Shown here piece by piece: positions 14,801 to 29,300 of a DNA stretch of 64,000 nucleotides. The notes under the pieces are model-generated. The model was not told the DNA's origin. It saw nothing but the letters and a program-made list of their open reading frames with translations, and did no database searches. How positions within the stretch are numbered: position 1 is the stretch's first letter; each line of letters starts with the position of its first letter. The translations under genes were made by a program, and so were the position numbers. Source of the DNA: the human T2T-CHM13v2.0 reference genome, Homo sapiens; the NCBI RefSeq assembly GCF_009914755.1, contig NC_060938.1. One strand, written 5' to 3'.

Positions 14801-17550
14801 TTCCAATCCATTCCATTCCATTCAATTCCACATGGACTCAATCTATTCTTTCCATTCCATTCCGTTCTGTTCCATTCCAGTCCATTGCATTAGATACCAA
14901 TCCATTCCACTTGTGATGATTCCATTCAATTCCATTATATTCCGTTCAATTCCATTGAATTCCATTCCATTCCATTCCACTCGGGTGGATTCCATTCCAT
15001 TCCCTTCCACTCGGCTGGAATCCATTCCATTCCATTCCATTCCAATCCATTCCATTCCTTTCCACTCTGGTTGATTCCATTCCGTTCCTTTCCATTCCAT
15101 TCCATTCCATTCCATTCCATTCCATTCCATTCCATTCCATTCCATTCCATTCCAATCCATTCCATTCCACTCCATTATGGTTGATTCCATTCCATTCCAT
15201 TCCATTCCATTCCATTCCATTCCATTCCATTCCATTCCACTCAAGTTGATTCCATTCCATTCCATTCCATTTTATTCCATTCCATTCCGTTCCATTCCAT
15301 TCCATTCAATACCATTCCTCTCGGGTTGATTCCATACCATTCCATTCCATTCCACTCGGGTTGATTCTTTTCCATTCCATTCCAATCCATTCCATTCCAT
15401 TCCATTCCACTCCATTCCATTCCATTCCATTCCATTCCATTCCATTCTATTCCATTGCATTGCATTCCACTCAGGTTGATTACATTCCATTCCATTCCAT
15501 TTTATTCCATTCCATTCCGTTCCATTCCATTCCATTCCATACCATTCCTCTCGGGTTGATTCCATACCATTCCATTCCATTCCACTCGGGTTGATTCCAT
15601 TCCATTCCATTCCATTTTATTCCACTCCACTCTGGTTGCTTCCATTCCATTCCATTCCATTCCATTCCATTCCATTCCATTCCATTCCATTGCATTCCAT
15701 TCGTGTTGATTCCATTGCATTCCATTCATTCCCCTCCATTCCATTCCATTTCATTCCATTCCAGTTGATTCCATTCCTTTCCATTCCATTCCATTCCATT
15801 CCATTCCATTCCGTTCCATTCTACTCGGGTTGATTCCATTCCATTCCATTTCATTCCATTCGATTTCATTCCACTGGTGTTTATTCCATTCCACTCCATT
15901 CCATTCATTTCCATTCCAGTCGGGTTTATTCCATTTCATTCCATTCCATTGCATTCCATTCCTTTCCATTCTATTCCATTCCATTCCATTCCATTTGTGT
16001 TGATTCCATTCCATTCCATTCCATTCCATTCCACTCCATTCCAATCCATTACATTCCACTCGGGTTGAATCCTTTCCATTCCATTCCAATGCATTCCCTT
16101 CCATTCAATTCCACTCGGATACAATCAATTCCATTCTATTCCATTCCGTTCTGTTCCACTCCATTCCATTGCATTCCATACCATTCCATTCCACTCGGGT
16201 TGATTCCATTGAATTCCATCCCATTCCATTCCATTCCATTTTATTGCATTCCATTCCATTCCATTCCACTCGTGTTGATTCCCTTCCATTCCATTCCATT
16301 CCATTCCACTTTTGTTGATTCCATTCCGTTCCTTTCCATTGCATTCCCTTCCATTCCATTCCATTCCATTCCATTCCATTCCGTTCCATTCCATTCGTGT
16401 TGATGCCATTCCAATCCATACCATTCCATTCTATTTCATTCCATTCCGTTCCATTCCTTTCGTGTTGATTAAATTCCATTCCATTCCATTCCATTCCAAT
16501 CCATTCCATTCCACTCCACTCTAGTTGATTCCATTCCATTACATTCCATTCCATTTCATTCCACTCGGGTTGATTCCATTTCATTCCATTCCATTTTATT
16601 AAATTCCATTCCGTTCCATTACTTTCCATTCCATACCATTCGACTCGGGTTGATTCCATACCATTCCATTCCATTCCACTCGGGTTGATTCTTTCCCATT
16701 CCATTCCATTCCATTCCGTTCCATTCCATTCCATTCCACTCCATTCCATTCCATTCCATTCCACTCCATTCCAATACATTCCATTCCACTCGGGTTGATT
16801 CCATTCCATTCCATTCCATTTTAGTCCACTCCACTCGGGTTAATTCCATTCCATTGCATTCCATTCCATTCCATTCCATTCCATCCCATTCCATTCCATT
16901 CCATTCCATTGAATTCCAATCTTGTTGATTCCATTGCATCCCATTCATTCCACTCAATTCCATTCCATTTCATTCCATTCCAGTTGATTCTATTCCTTTC
17001 CATTCCATTCCATTCCATTCCGTTCCGTTCCATTCTACTCGGGTTGATTCCATTCCATTCCATTTCATTACATTCGATTTCATTCCACTGGTGTTTATTC
17101 CATTCCACTCCATTCTATTCCATTCCTTTCGGGTTTATTCCATTTCATTCCATTCCATTCCATTCCATTGCATTCCATTCCTTTCCATTCTATTCCATTC
17201 CATTCCATTCAATTTGTGTTGCTTCCATTCCATTCCATGCCATTCCATTCCACTCCATTCCAATCCATTACATTGCACTCGGGTTGAATCCTTTCCATTC
17301 CATTCCAATGCATTCCCTTCCATTCAATTCCACACGGATTCAATCAATTCCATTCTATTCCATTCCATTCCATTCCATTCCATTGCATTCCATTCGTGTT
17401 GATTCCATTGCATTCCATTCCATTCCACTCCATTCCATGCCATTTCATTCCATTCCAGTTGATTCCATTCCTTTCCATTCCATTCCATTCCGTTCCATTC
17501 CGTTCCATTCTACTCGGGTTGATTCCATTCCATTCCATTTCATTCCATTC
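2900..17550 (+). repeat. 7.3 kb higher-order tandem duplication within HSat3 (copy 1 ~2.9-10.2 kb, copy 2 ~10.2-17.5 kb)
   Basis: Rare variants recur at offsets of 7,293-7,303: 'atttgtgctg' 3,091/10,384; 'ttccgatcca' 4,171/11,464; 'ttgaattccaatcttg' 9,606/16,909. Many ORF-track translations are identical at these offsets, for example 5027/12320, 6215/13508 and 8802/16105. Confidence 0.93.
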
Positions 17551-20500
17551 GATTTCATTCCTCTGGTGTTTATTCCATTCCACTCCATTCCATTCATTTC
17601 CATTCCATTCGGGTTTATTCCATTTCATTCCATTCCATTCCATTCCATTGCATTCCATTCCTTTCCATTCCATTCCATTCCATTCCATTCCATTTGTGTT
17701 GACTGCATTCCATTCCATTCCATTCCATTCCATTCCATTCCATTCCACTCCATTCCAATCCATTACATTCCACTCGGGTTGAATCCTTTCCTTTCCATTC
17801 CAATCCATTCCATTCCTTTCCAATCCATTCCATTCCATTCAATTCCACTTGGATTCAATCTATTCTTTCCATTCCATTCCGTTCTGTTCCATTCTATTCC
17901 ATTGCATTAGATACCATTCCATTCCACTCGGGATGATTCCATTCAATACCATTATATTCCGTTCAATTCCATTGCATTCCATTCCATTCCTTTCCACTCG
18001 AGTGGATTCCATTCCATTCCTTTCCATTCCATTCCATTCCATTCCATTCCATTCCACTCTGGTTGATTCCATTCCGTTCCTTTCCATTCCATTCCATTCC
18101 ATTTCATTCCATTCCAATCCATTCCATTCCACTCCACTCCGGTTGATTCCATTCCATTCCATTCCATTCCATTCCATTCCATTCCATTCCATTCCACTCG
18201 GGTTGATTCCTTTCCATTCCATTCCATTCCATTCCATTCAATTCCATTGCATTCCATTCGTGTTGATTCCATTGCATTCCATTCATTCCCCTCCATTCCA
18301 TTCCATTTCATTCCATTCCGGTTGATTCCATTCCATTCCATTCCATTCCATTCCGTTCCATTCTACTCGGGTTGATTCCATTCCATTCCATTTCATTCCA
18401 TTCGATTTCATTCCACTGGTGTTTATTCCATTCCACTCCATTCCATTCCATTCCATTCCATTCGGGTTTATTCCATTCCATTCCATTCCATTCCATTCCA
18501 TTGCATTCCATTCCATTCCTTTCCATTCTATTCCATTCCATTCCATTCCATTTGTGTTGGTTCCATTCCATTCAATTCCATTCCATTCCATTCCATTCCA
18601 CTCCATTCCAATCCATTACATTCCACTCGGGTTGAATCCTTTCCATTCCATTCCAATGCATTCCCTTCCATTCAATTCCACTCGAATTCAATCAATTCCA
18701 TTTTATTCCATTCCGTTCTGTTCCACTCCATTCCATTGCATTCCATACCATTCCATTCCACTCGGGTTGATTCCATTGAATTCCATCCCATTCCATTGCA
18801 TTCCATTCTATTGCGTTCCATTCCATTCCATTCCACTCGTGTTGATTCCCTTCCATTCCATTCCATTCCATTCCACTTGGGTTGATTTCATTCCGTTCCT
18901 TTCCATTGCATTCCATTCCATTCCATTCCTTTCCATTCCGTTCCATTCCATTCGTGTTGATGCCATTCCAATCCATACCATTCCTTTCCATTCCATTCCA
19001 TTCCGTCCCGTTCTTTTCGTGTTGATTCCATTCCATTCCATTCCACTCCATTCCAATCCATTACATTCCACTCGGATTGAATCCATTCCTTTCCATTCCA
19101 ATCCATTCCACTCCTTTCCAATCCATTCCATTCCGTTCAGTTCCACTTGGATTCAATCTATTCTTTCCATTCCATTCCATTCTGTTCCATTCCATTCCAT
19201 TGCATTAGATACCATTCCATTCCACTCGGGATGATTCCATTCAATTCCATTATATTCCGTTCAATTCCATTGCATTCCCTTCCATTCCATTCCACTCGGG
19301 TGGATTCCATTCCATTCCTTTCCATTCCATTCCATTCCATTCCATTCCATTCCATTCCATTCCACTCTGGTATATTCCATTCCGTTCCTTTCCATTCAAT
19401 TCCATTCAATTCCATTCCATTCCAATCCATTCCATTCCACTCCACTCCGGTTGATTCCATTCCTTTCCGTTCCATTCCACTTGTGTTTATTTCTTTCCAT
19501 TCTATTGCATTCCATTCCATTCCATTCCATTCCATTCCACTCCATTCCATTCCATTCCATTCCACTCCATTCCACTCCATTCCATTCCACTGGGGTTGAT
19601 TCCATTCCATTCCATTCCATTCCATTCCGTTCCACTCAGGTTGATTCCTTTCCATTCCATTCCATTTTATTCCACTCCACTCGGGTTGATTCCATTCCAT
19701 TCCATTCCATTCCATTCCATTGCATTCCATTCTTGTTGATTCCATTGCATTCCATTCCATTCCACTCCATTCCATTCCATTTCATTCCATTCCAGTTGAT
19801 TCCATTCCTTTCCATTCCATTCCATTCCATTCCATTCCGTTCCATTCTACTCGGGTTGATTCCATTCCATTCCATTTCATTCCATTCGATTTCATTCCAC
19901 TGGTGTTTATTCCATTCCACTCCATTCCATTCATTTCCATTCCATTCGGGTTTATTCCATTTCATTCCATTCCATTCCATTCCATTGCATTCCATTCCTT
20001 TCCATTCTATTCCATTCCATTCCATTCCATTTGTGTTGATTCCATTCCATTCCATTCCATTCCATTCCATTCCATTCCATTCCACTCTGGTATATTCCAT
20101 TCCGTTCCTTTCCATTCAATTCCATTCAATTCCATTCCATTCCAATCCATTCCATTCCACTCCACTCCGGTTGATTCCATTCCTTTCCGTTCCATTCCAC
20201 TCGGGTTTATTTCTTTCCATTCCATTGCATTCCATTGCATTCCATTCCATTCCATTCCACTCCATTCCATTCCATTCCATTCCACTCCATTCCAATCCAT
20301 TCCATTCCACTCGGGTTGATTCCATTCCATTCCATTCCATTCCATTCTGTTCCACTCAGGTTGATTCCTTTCCATTCCATTCCATTTTATTCCACTCCAC
20401 TCGGGTTCAATCAATTCCATTCTATTCCATTCCGTTCTGTTCCACTCCATTCCATTGCATTCCATACCATTCCATTCCACTCGGGTTGATTCCATTGAAT

Positions 20501-23500
20501 TGCATCCCATTCCTTTCCATTCCATTCTATTGCATTCCATTCCATTGCATGCCCCTCGTGTTGATTCCCTTCCATTCCATTCCATTCCATTCCACTTTTG
20601 TTGATTCCATTCCTTTCCTTTCCATTGCATTCCATTCCATTCCATTCCATTCCATTCCATTCCGTTCCATTCCATTCGTGTTTATGCCATTCCAATCCAT
20701 ACCATTTCATTCCATTTCATTCCATTCCGTTCCATTCCTTTCCTGTTGATTAAATTCCATTCCATTCCACTCCATTCCAATCCATTACATTCCCCTTGGG
20801 TTGAATCCATTCCTTTCCATTCCAGTCCATTCCATTCCTTTCCAATCCATTCCTTTTCATTCAATTCCACATGGACTCAATCTATTCTTTCCATTCCATT
20901 CCGTTCTGTTCCATTCCAGTCCATTGCATTAGATACCAATCCATTCCACATGGGATGATTCCATTCAATTCCATTATATTCCGTTCAATTCCGTTGAATT
21001 CCATTCCATTCCATTCCACTCCGGTGGATTCCATTCCATTCCATTCCACTCGGGTGGATTCCATTCGATTCCATTCCATTCCAATCCATTCCATTCCATT
21101 CCATTCCACTCTGGATGATTCCATTCCGTTCCTTCATTCCATTCCATTCCATTCCATTCCATTCCATTCCACTCCACTCTGGTTGATTCCATTCCATTCC
21201 ATTCCATTCCATTCCATTCCATTCCATTCCATTCCACTCGGGTTTATTCCATTCCATTCCATTCCATTTTATTCCATTCCATTCCGTTCCATTCCATTCC
21301 ATTCCATACCATTCCACTCGGGTTGATTCCATACCATTCCATTCCATTCCACTCCATTCCAATCCATTCCATTCCACTCGGGTTGATTCCCTTCCATTCC
21401 ATTCCATTTTAGTCCACTCCACTCGGGTTGATTCCATTCCATTCCATTCCATTCCATTCCATTCCATTCCATTCCATTCCATTCCATTGCATTCCATTCG
21501 TGTTGATTCCATTGCATTCCATTCATTCCACTCAATTCCATTCCATTTCATTCCATTCCAGTTGATTCCATTCCTTTCCATTCCATTCCATTCCATTCCA
21601 TTCCGTTCCATTCTACTCGGGTTGATTCCATTCCATTCCATTTCATTCCATTCGATTTCATTCCACTGGTGTTTATTCCATTCCACTCCATTCCATTCCA
21701 TTCCATTCGGGTTTATTCCATTTCATTCCATTCCATTCCATTCCATTGCATTCCATTCTTTTCCATTCTATTCCATTCCATTCCATTCCATTTGTGTTGA
21801 TTCCATTCCATTCCATTCCATTCCATTCCATTCCATTCCACTCCATTCCAATCCATTACATTCCACTCAGGTTGAATCCTTTCCATTCCATTCCAATGCA
21901 TTCCCTTCCATTCAATTCCACTCGGTTTCAATCAATTCCATTCTATTCCATTCCGTTCTGTTCCACTCCATTCCATTGCATTCCATACCATTCCATTCCA
22001 CTCGGGTTGATTCCATTGAATTCCATCCCATTCCATTGCATTCCATTCTATTGCGTTCCATTCCATTCCATTCCACTCGTGTTGATTCCCTTCTATTCCA
22101 TTCCATTCCATTCCATTCCACTTTTGTTGATTCCATTCCGTTCCTTTCCATTGCATTCCATTCCATTCCATTCCATTCCATTCCATTCCATTCCATTCCG
22201 TTCCATTCCATTCGTGTTGATGCCATTCTAATCCATACCATTCCATTCCATTTCATTCCATTCCGTTCCATTCCTTTCGTGTTGATTAAATTCCATTCCA
22301 TTCCACTCCATTCCAATCCATTACATTCCACTTGGGTTGAATCCATTCCTTTCCATTCCAATCCATTCCATTCCTTTCCAATCCATTCCTTTTCATTCAA
22401 TTCCACATGGACTCAATCTATTCTTTCCATTCCATTCCGTTCTGTTCCATTCCAGTCCATTGCATTAGATACCAATCCATTCCACTTGGGATGATTCCAT
22501 TCAATTCCATTATATTCCGTTCAATTCCGTTGAATTCCATTCCATTACATTCCACTCGGGTGGATTCCATTCCATTCCATTCCACTCGGGTGGATTCCAT
22601 TCCATTCCATTCCACTCGGGTGGATTCCATTCAATTCCATTCCACTCCAATCCATTCCATTCCATTCCACTCTGGTTGATTCCATTCCGTTCCTTCATTC
22701 CATTCCATTCCATTCCATTCCATTCCATTCCATTCCATTCCAATCCATTCCATTCCACTCCACTCTGGTTGATTCCATTCCATTCCATTCCATTCCATTC
22801 CATTCCATTCCATTCCATTCCATTCCATTCGGGTTGATTCCATTCCATTCCATTCCATTTTATTCCATTCCATTCCGTTCCATTTTATTCCATTCCATAC
22901 CGTTCCACTCGGGTTGATTCCATACCATTCCATTCCATTCCACTCCATTCCAATCCATTCCATTCCACTCGGGTTGATTCCATTCCATTCCATTCCATTT
23001 TACTCCACTCCACTCGGGTTGATTCCATTCCATTCCATTCCATTCCATTCCATTCCATTCCATTCCATTCCATTGCATTCCATTCGTGTTGATTCCATTG
23101 CATTCCATTCATTCCACTCAATTCCATTCCATTTCATTCCATTCCAGTTGATTCCATTCCTTTCCATTCCATTCCATTCCATTCCATTCTGTTCCATTCT
23201 ACTCGGGTTGATTCCATTCCATTCCATTTCATTCCATTCGATTTCATTCCTCTGGTGTTTATTCCATTCCACTCCATTCCATTCCATTCCATTCGAGTTT
23301 ATTCCATTTCATTCCATTCCATTCCATTCCATTGCATTCCATTCCTTTCCATTCTATTCCATTCCATTCCATTCCATTCCATTCCATTTGTGTTGATTCC
23401 ATTCCTTTCCATTCCATTCCCTTCCATTCCATTCCATTCCACTCCATTCCAATCCATTACATTCCACTCGGGTTGAATCCTTTCCATTCCATTCCAATGC

Positions 23501-26399
23501 ATTCCCTTCCATTCAATTCCACTCGGATTCAATCAATTCCATTCTATTCCATTCCGTTCTGTTCCACTCCATTCCATTGCATTCCATACCATTCCATTTC
23601 ACTCGGGTTGATTCCATTGAATTCCATCCCATTCCATTCCATTCCATTCTATTGCGTTCCATTCCATTCCATTCCACTCGTGTTGATTCCCTTCCATTCC
23701 ATTCCATTCCATTCCATTCCATTCCATTCCATTCCACTTGGGTTGATTCCATTCCGTTCCTTTCCATTGCATTCCATTCCATTCCATTCCATTACAGTCC
23801 GTTCCATTCCATTCGTGTTGATGCCTTTCCAATCCATACCATTCCATTCCATTCCATTCCATTCCGTCCCATTCTTTTTGTGTTGATTCCATTCCATTCC
23901 ATTCCACTCCATTCCAATCCATTATATTCCACTCGGGTTGAATCCATTCCTTTCCATTCCAATCCATTCCATTCCTTTCCAATCCATTCCATTCCATTCA
24001 ATTCCACTTGGATTCAATCTATTCTTTCCATTCCATTCCGTTCTGTTCCATTCCATTCCATTCCATTAGATACCATTCCATTCCACTCGGGATGATTCCA
24101 TTCAATTCCATTATATTCCGTTCAATTCCATTGCATTCCATTCCATTCCATTCCACTCGGGTGGATTCCATTCCATTCCTTTCCATTCCATTCCATTCCA
24201 TTCCATTCCACTCTGGTTGATTCCATTCCGTTCCTTTCCAGTCCATTCCATTCCATTCCATTCCATTCCATTCCATTCCAATCCATTCCATTCCACTCCA
24301 CTCCGGTTGATTCCATTCCATTCCATTCCATTCCATTCCACTCGTGTTGATTCCTTTCCATTCCATTCCATTCCATTCCATTCCATTCCATTCCATTGCA
24401 TTCCACTCCATTCCATTCCATTCCATTCCACTCCATTCCAATCAATTCCATTCTACTCGGGTTGATTCCATTCCATTCCATTCCATTCCATTCCGATCCA
24501 CTCAGGTTGATTCCTTTCCATTCCATTCCATTTTATTCCACTCCACTCGGGTTGATTCCATTCCATTCCATTCCATTCCATTGCATTCCATTCTTGTTGA
24601 TTCCATTGCATTCCATTCCATTCCACTCCATTCCATTTCCTTCCATTCCAGTCAATTCCATTCCTTTCCATTCCATTCCATTCCATTCCATTCCGTTCCA
24701 TTCTTCTCAGGTTGATTCCATTCCATTCCATTTCATTCCATTCGATTTCATTCCACTGGTGTTTATTCCATTCCACTCCATTCCATTCCATTCCATTCCA
24801 TTTGTGTTGATTCCATTCCATTCCATTCCATTCCTTTCCACTCCATTCCAATCCATTACATTCCACTCGGGTTGAAACCTTTCCATTCCATTCCAATGCA
24901 TTCCCTTCCATTCAATTCCACACGGATACAATCAATTCCATTCTATTCCATTCCGTTCTGTTCCACTCCATTCCATTGAATTCCATCCCATTCCATTCAA
25001 TTCCATTCTATTCCATTCCATTCCATTCCATTCCATTCCACTCCATTCCAATCCATTACATACCACTCGGGTTGAATCCTTTCCATTCCATTCCAATGCA
25101 TTCCCTTCCATTCAATTCCACTCGGATACAATCAATTACATTCTATTCCATTCCGTTCTGTTCCACTCCATTCCATTGAATTCCATCCCATTCCATTCAA
25201 TTCCATTCTATTGCATTCCATTCCATTCCATTCCACTCGTCTTGATTCCCTTCCATTCCATTCCATTCCATTCCACCTGGGTTGATTCCCTTCTGTTCCT
25301 TTCCATTGCATTCCTTTCCATTCCATTCCATTCCATTCCATTCCATTCCATTCCATTCCGTTCCATTCCATTCGTGTTGATGCCATTCCAATCCATACCA
25401 TTCCATTCCATTCCATTCCGTTCCGTTCCATTCCTTTCGTGTTGATTCCATTCCATTCCATTCCACTCCATTCCAATCCATTACATTCCACTCGGGTTGA
25501 ATCCATTCCTTTCCATTCCAATCCATTCCATTCCTTTCCAATCCATTCCATTCCATTCAATTCCACATGGACTCAATCTATTCTTTCCATTCCATTCCGT
25601 TCTGTTCCATTCCATTCCATTGCATTAGATACCATTCCATTCCACTCGGGATGATTCCATTCAATTCCATTATATTCCGTTCAATTCCATTGCATTCCAT
25701 TCCATTCCATTCCACTCGGGTGGATTCCATTCCCTTCCATTCCAATCCATTCCCTTCCATTCCATTCCATTCCATTCCATTCCACTTGGGCTGATTCCAT
25801 TCCGTTCCTTTCCATTCCATTCCACTCCATTCCATTCCATTCCATTCCATTCCATTCCATTCCGTTCCATTCCATTCGTGTTGATGCCATTCCAATCCAT
25901 ACCATTCCATTCCCTTCCATTCCATTCCTTTTGATTCCTTTCGTGTTGTTTCCATTCCACTCCATTCCATTCCATTCCAATCCATTACATTCCACTCGGG
26001 TTGAATCCATTCCTTTCCATTCCAATCCATTCCATTCCATTCAATTCCACATGGATTCAATCTATTCTTTCCATTACATTCCGTTCTGTTCCATTCCAGT
26101 CCATTGCATTAGATACCTTGCCATTCCACTCGGGATGATTCCATTCAATTCCATTATATTCCGATCAATTCCATTGCATTCCATTCCATTCCATTCCACT
26201 CGGGTGGATTCCATACCATTCCATTCCATTCCATTCCATTCCACTCTGGTTGATTCCATTCCGTTCCTTTCCATTTCATTCCGTTCCATTCCATTCCATT
26301 CCATTCCATTCCATTCCAATCCATTCCATTCCACTCCACTCCGGTTGATTCCATTCCATTCCATTCCATTCCATTCCATTCCATTCCATTCCTTTCCAT

Positions 26400-29300
26400 T
26401 GCATTAGATACCATTCCGTTCCACTAGGGATCATTCCTTTCAATTCCATTATATTCTGTTCAATTCCATTGCATTCCATTCCATTCCATTCCATTCCACT
26501 CGGGTGGATTGCATTCCATTCCATTCCATTCCATTCCACTCGGGTTGATTCCATTCCGTTCCTTTCCAATTCATTTCATTCCATTCCATTCCATTCCATT
26601 CCACTCCATTAAATTCCTCTCCACTCCGTTTGGTTCCATTCCATTTCATTCCATTCCATTTCACTCGAGTAGATTCCATTCCATTCCATTCCATTTTATT
26701 CCATTCCATTACATTACATTCCTTTCCATTCCACAACATTCGACTCGGGTTGATTCCATACCATTCCATTCCATTCCATTCCATTCCATGAAATTCCATT
26801 CCATTCCACTCCACTGGGGTTGTTTCCTTTCCATTCCATTCCATTCCATTCCTTTCCATTCCATTCCAATCCATTCCATTCCACTCCACTCCACTCCATT
26901 CCATTCCACTCCACTCGGGTGGATTCAATTCCTTTCCATTCCATTCCATTCCATTCCGGTTCATTCCATTCCATTCCATTCCATTCCTTTCCATTCCATT
27001 CCATTCCATTCCATACCATTCCTTTCCATTCCATTCCACTCCATTCCATTCCATTCCATTCCATTGTATTCCATTCCATTCCATTCCATTCCATTCCATT
27101 CCACTCGGGTTGATTCGATATCATTCCATTCCATTCCTTTGCATTCCACTCGGGTTGATTCCATACCATTCCATTCCATTCATTCCTTTCCATTCCATTC
27201 CATTCCAGTCGGGTTGATTCCATTCCATTCCTTTGCATTAAAATCCTCTCGGGTTGATTCGTTTGCATTCCGTTCCTTTCCAATGCACTTCGGTTGATTC
27301 CATTCCCTTTCATTCCATTGCATTCCATTCCATTCCATTCCATTCCATTCCATTCCATTCCATTACATTCCATTCATTTACATTACATTCCGGTTGATTC
27401 CATAACATTCCATTCCATTCCATTCCATTCCATTCCATTCCATCCCATTCGGGTTGATTCCATTCTATTCTGTTCCTTTCCATTCCATTCCATTCCATTC
27501 CATTCCATTCCATTCCATTCCATTTCACTCGGGTTGATTCCATTCCATTCCATTCCATTTTATTCCATTCCATTCGGTTCCATTCCATTCCATTCCATTC
27601 CATAACATTCCACTAGGGTTGATTCCATACCATTCCATTCCATTCCACTCGGGTTGATTCCATTCCATTCCATTCCATTCCATTCCATTCCACTCAATTC
27701 CATTCCATTCCATTCCACTCCATTCCAGTCCATTCCATTCCACTCGGGTTGATTCCATTCCATTCCATTCCACTCCACTCGGGTTGATTCCATTCCATTC
27801 CATTCCATTGCATTCCATTCCATTCCATTGCATTCCTTTCCATCCCATTCCACTCGTGTTGATTCCCTTCCATTACATTCCACTCCATTCCACTTGGTTT
27901 GATTCCATTCCGTTCCTTTCCATTTCATTCCATACCATTTGATTCCATTCCTTTCCATTCCGTTCCATTCCATTTGTGTTGATTCCATTCCATTCCATTC
28001 CACTCCATTCCTATCCATTACATTCCTCTCGGGTTGAATCCATTCCTTTCTATTCCAATCCATTCCATTCCTTTCCAATCCATTCCATTCCATTCAATTC
28101 CACTTGGATTCAATCTATTCTTTGCATTCCATACCGTTCTGTTCCATTCCATTCCATTGCATTAGATACCATTCCATTCCACTCGCGATGACTCCATTCA
28201 ATTCCATTATATTCCGTTCAATTCCATTCCATTCCATTCCATGCCATTCCACTCGGGTGGATTGCATTCCATTCCATTCCATTCCATTCCATTCCACTCG
28301 GGTTGATTCCATTCCGTTCCTTTCCATTTCATTCCATTCCATTCCATTCCATTCCATTCCATTCCATTCCATTCCATTCCATTCCACTCCATTAAATTCC
28401 ACTCCACTCCGGTTGATTCCATTCCATTTCATTCCATTCCATTTCACTCGAGTAGATTCCATTCCATTCCATTTTATTCCATTCCATTCCGTTCCATTCC
28501 TTTCCATTCCATAACATTCGACTAGGGTTGATTCCATACCATTCCATTCCATTCCATAAAATTCCATTCCATTCCAATTCCACTCGGCTTGATTCCTTTC
28601 CATTCCATTCCATACCATTCCATTCCTTTCCATTCCATTCCAATCCATTGCATTCCACTCCACTCCTCTCCATTCCATTCCGCTCCACTCGGGTGGATTC
28701 CATTACTTTCCATTCCATTCGGGTTCATTCCATTCCAGTCCATTCCATTCCTTTCCATTCCATTCCATTCCATTCCATTCCATACCATTCCTTTCCATTC
28801 CATTCCATTCCATTGCATTCCATTCCATTCCTTTCGATTCCATTCCATGCCATTCCATTCCATTCCACTCGGGGTGATTCCATGCCATTCCATTCCATTC
28901 CTTTGCATTCCACTCGGGTTTATTCCATACAATTCCATTCCATTCATTACTTTCCATTCCATTCCATTCGAGTCGGGTTGGTTCCATTCCATTCCTTTGC
29001 ATTCCATTCCATTCCTTTCCATTCCAATCCTCTTGGGTTTATTCCGTTGCATTCCGTTCCTTTCCAATGCACTTCAGTTGATTCCATTCCCTTCCATTCC
29101 ATTCCATTCCATTCCATTCCATTCCATTCCATTCATTTACATTACACTCCGGTTGATTCCATAGCATTCCATTCCATTCCATTCCATTCCATTCCATTCC
29201 ATTCCATTCCATCCCATTAGGGTGGATTCCATTCTATTCTGTTCCATTCCATTCCATTCCATTCCTTTCCATTCCATTCCATTGCCTTCCATTCCATTTC

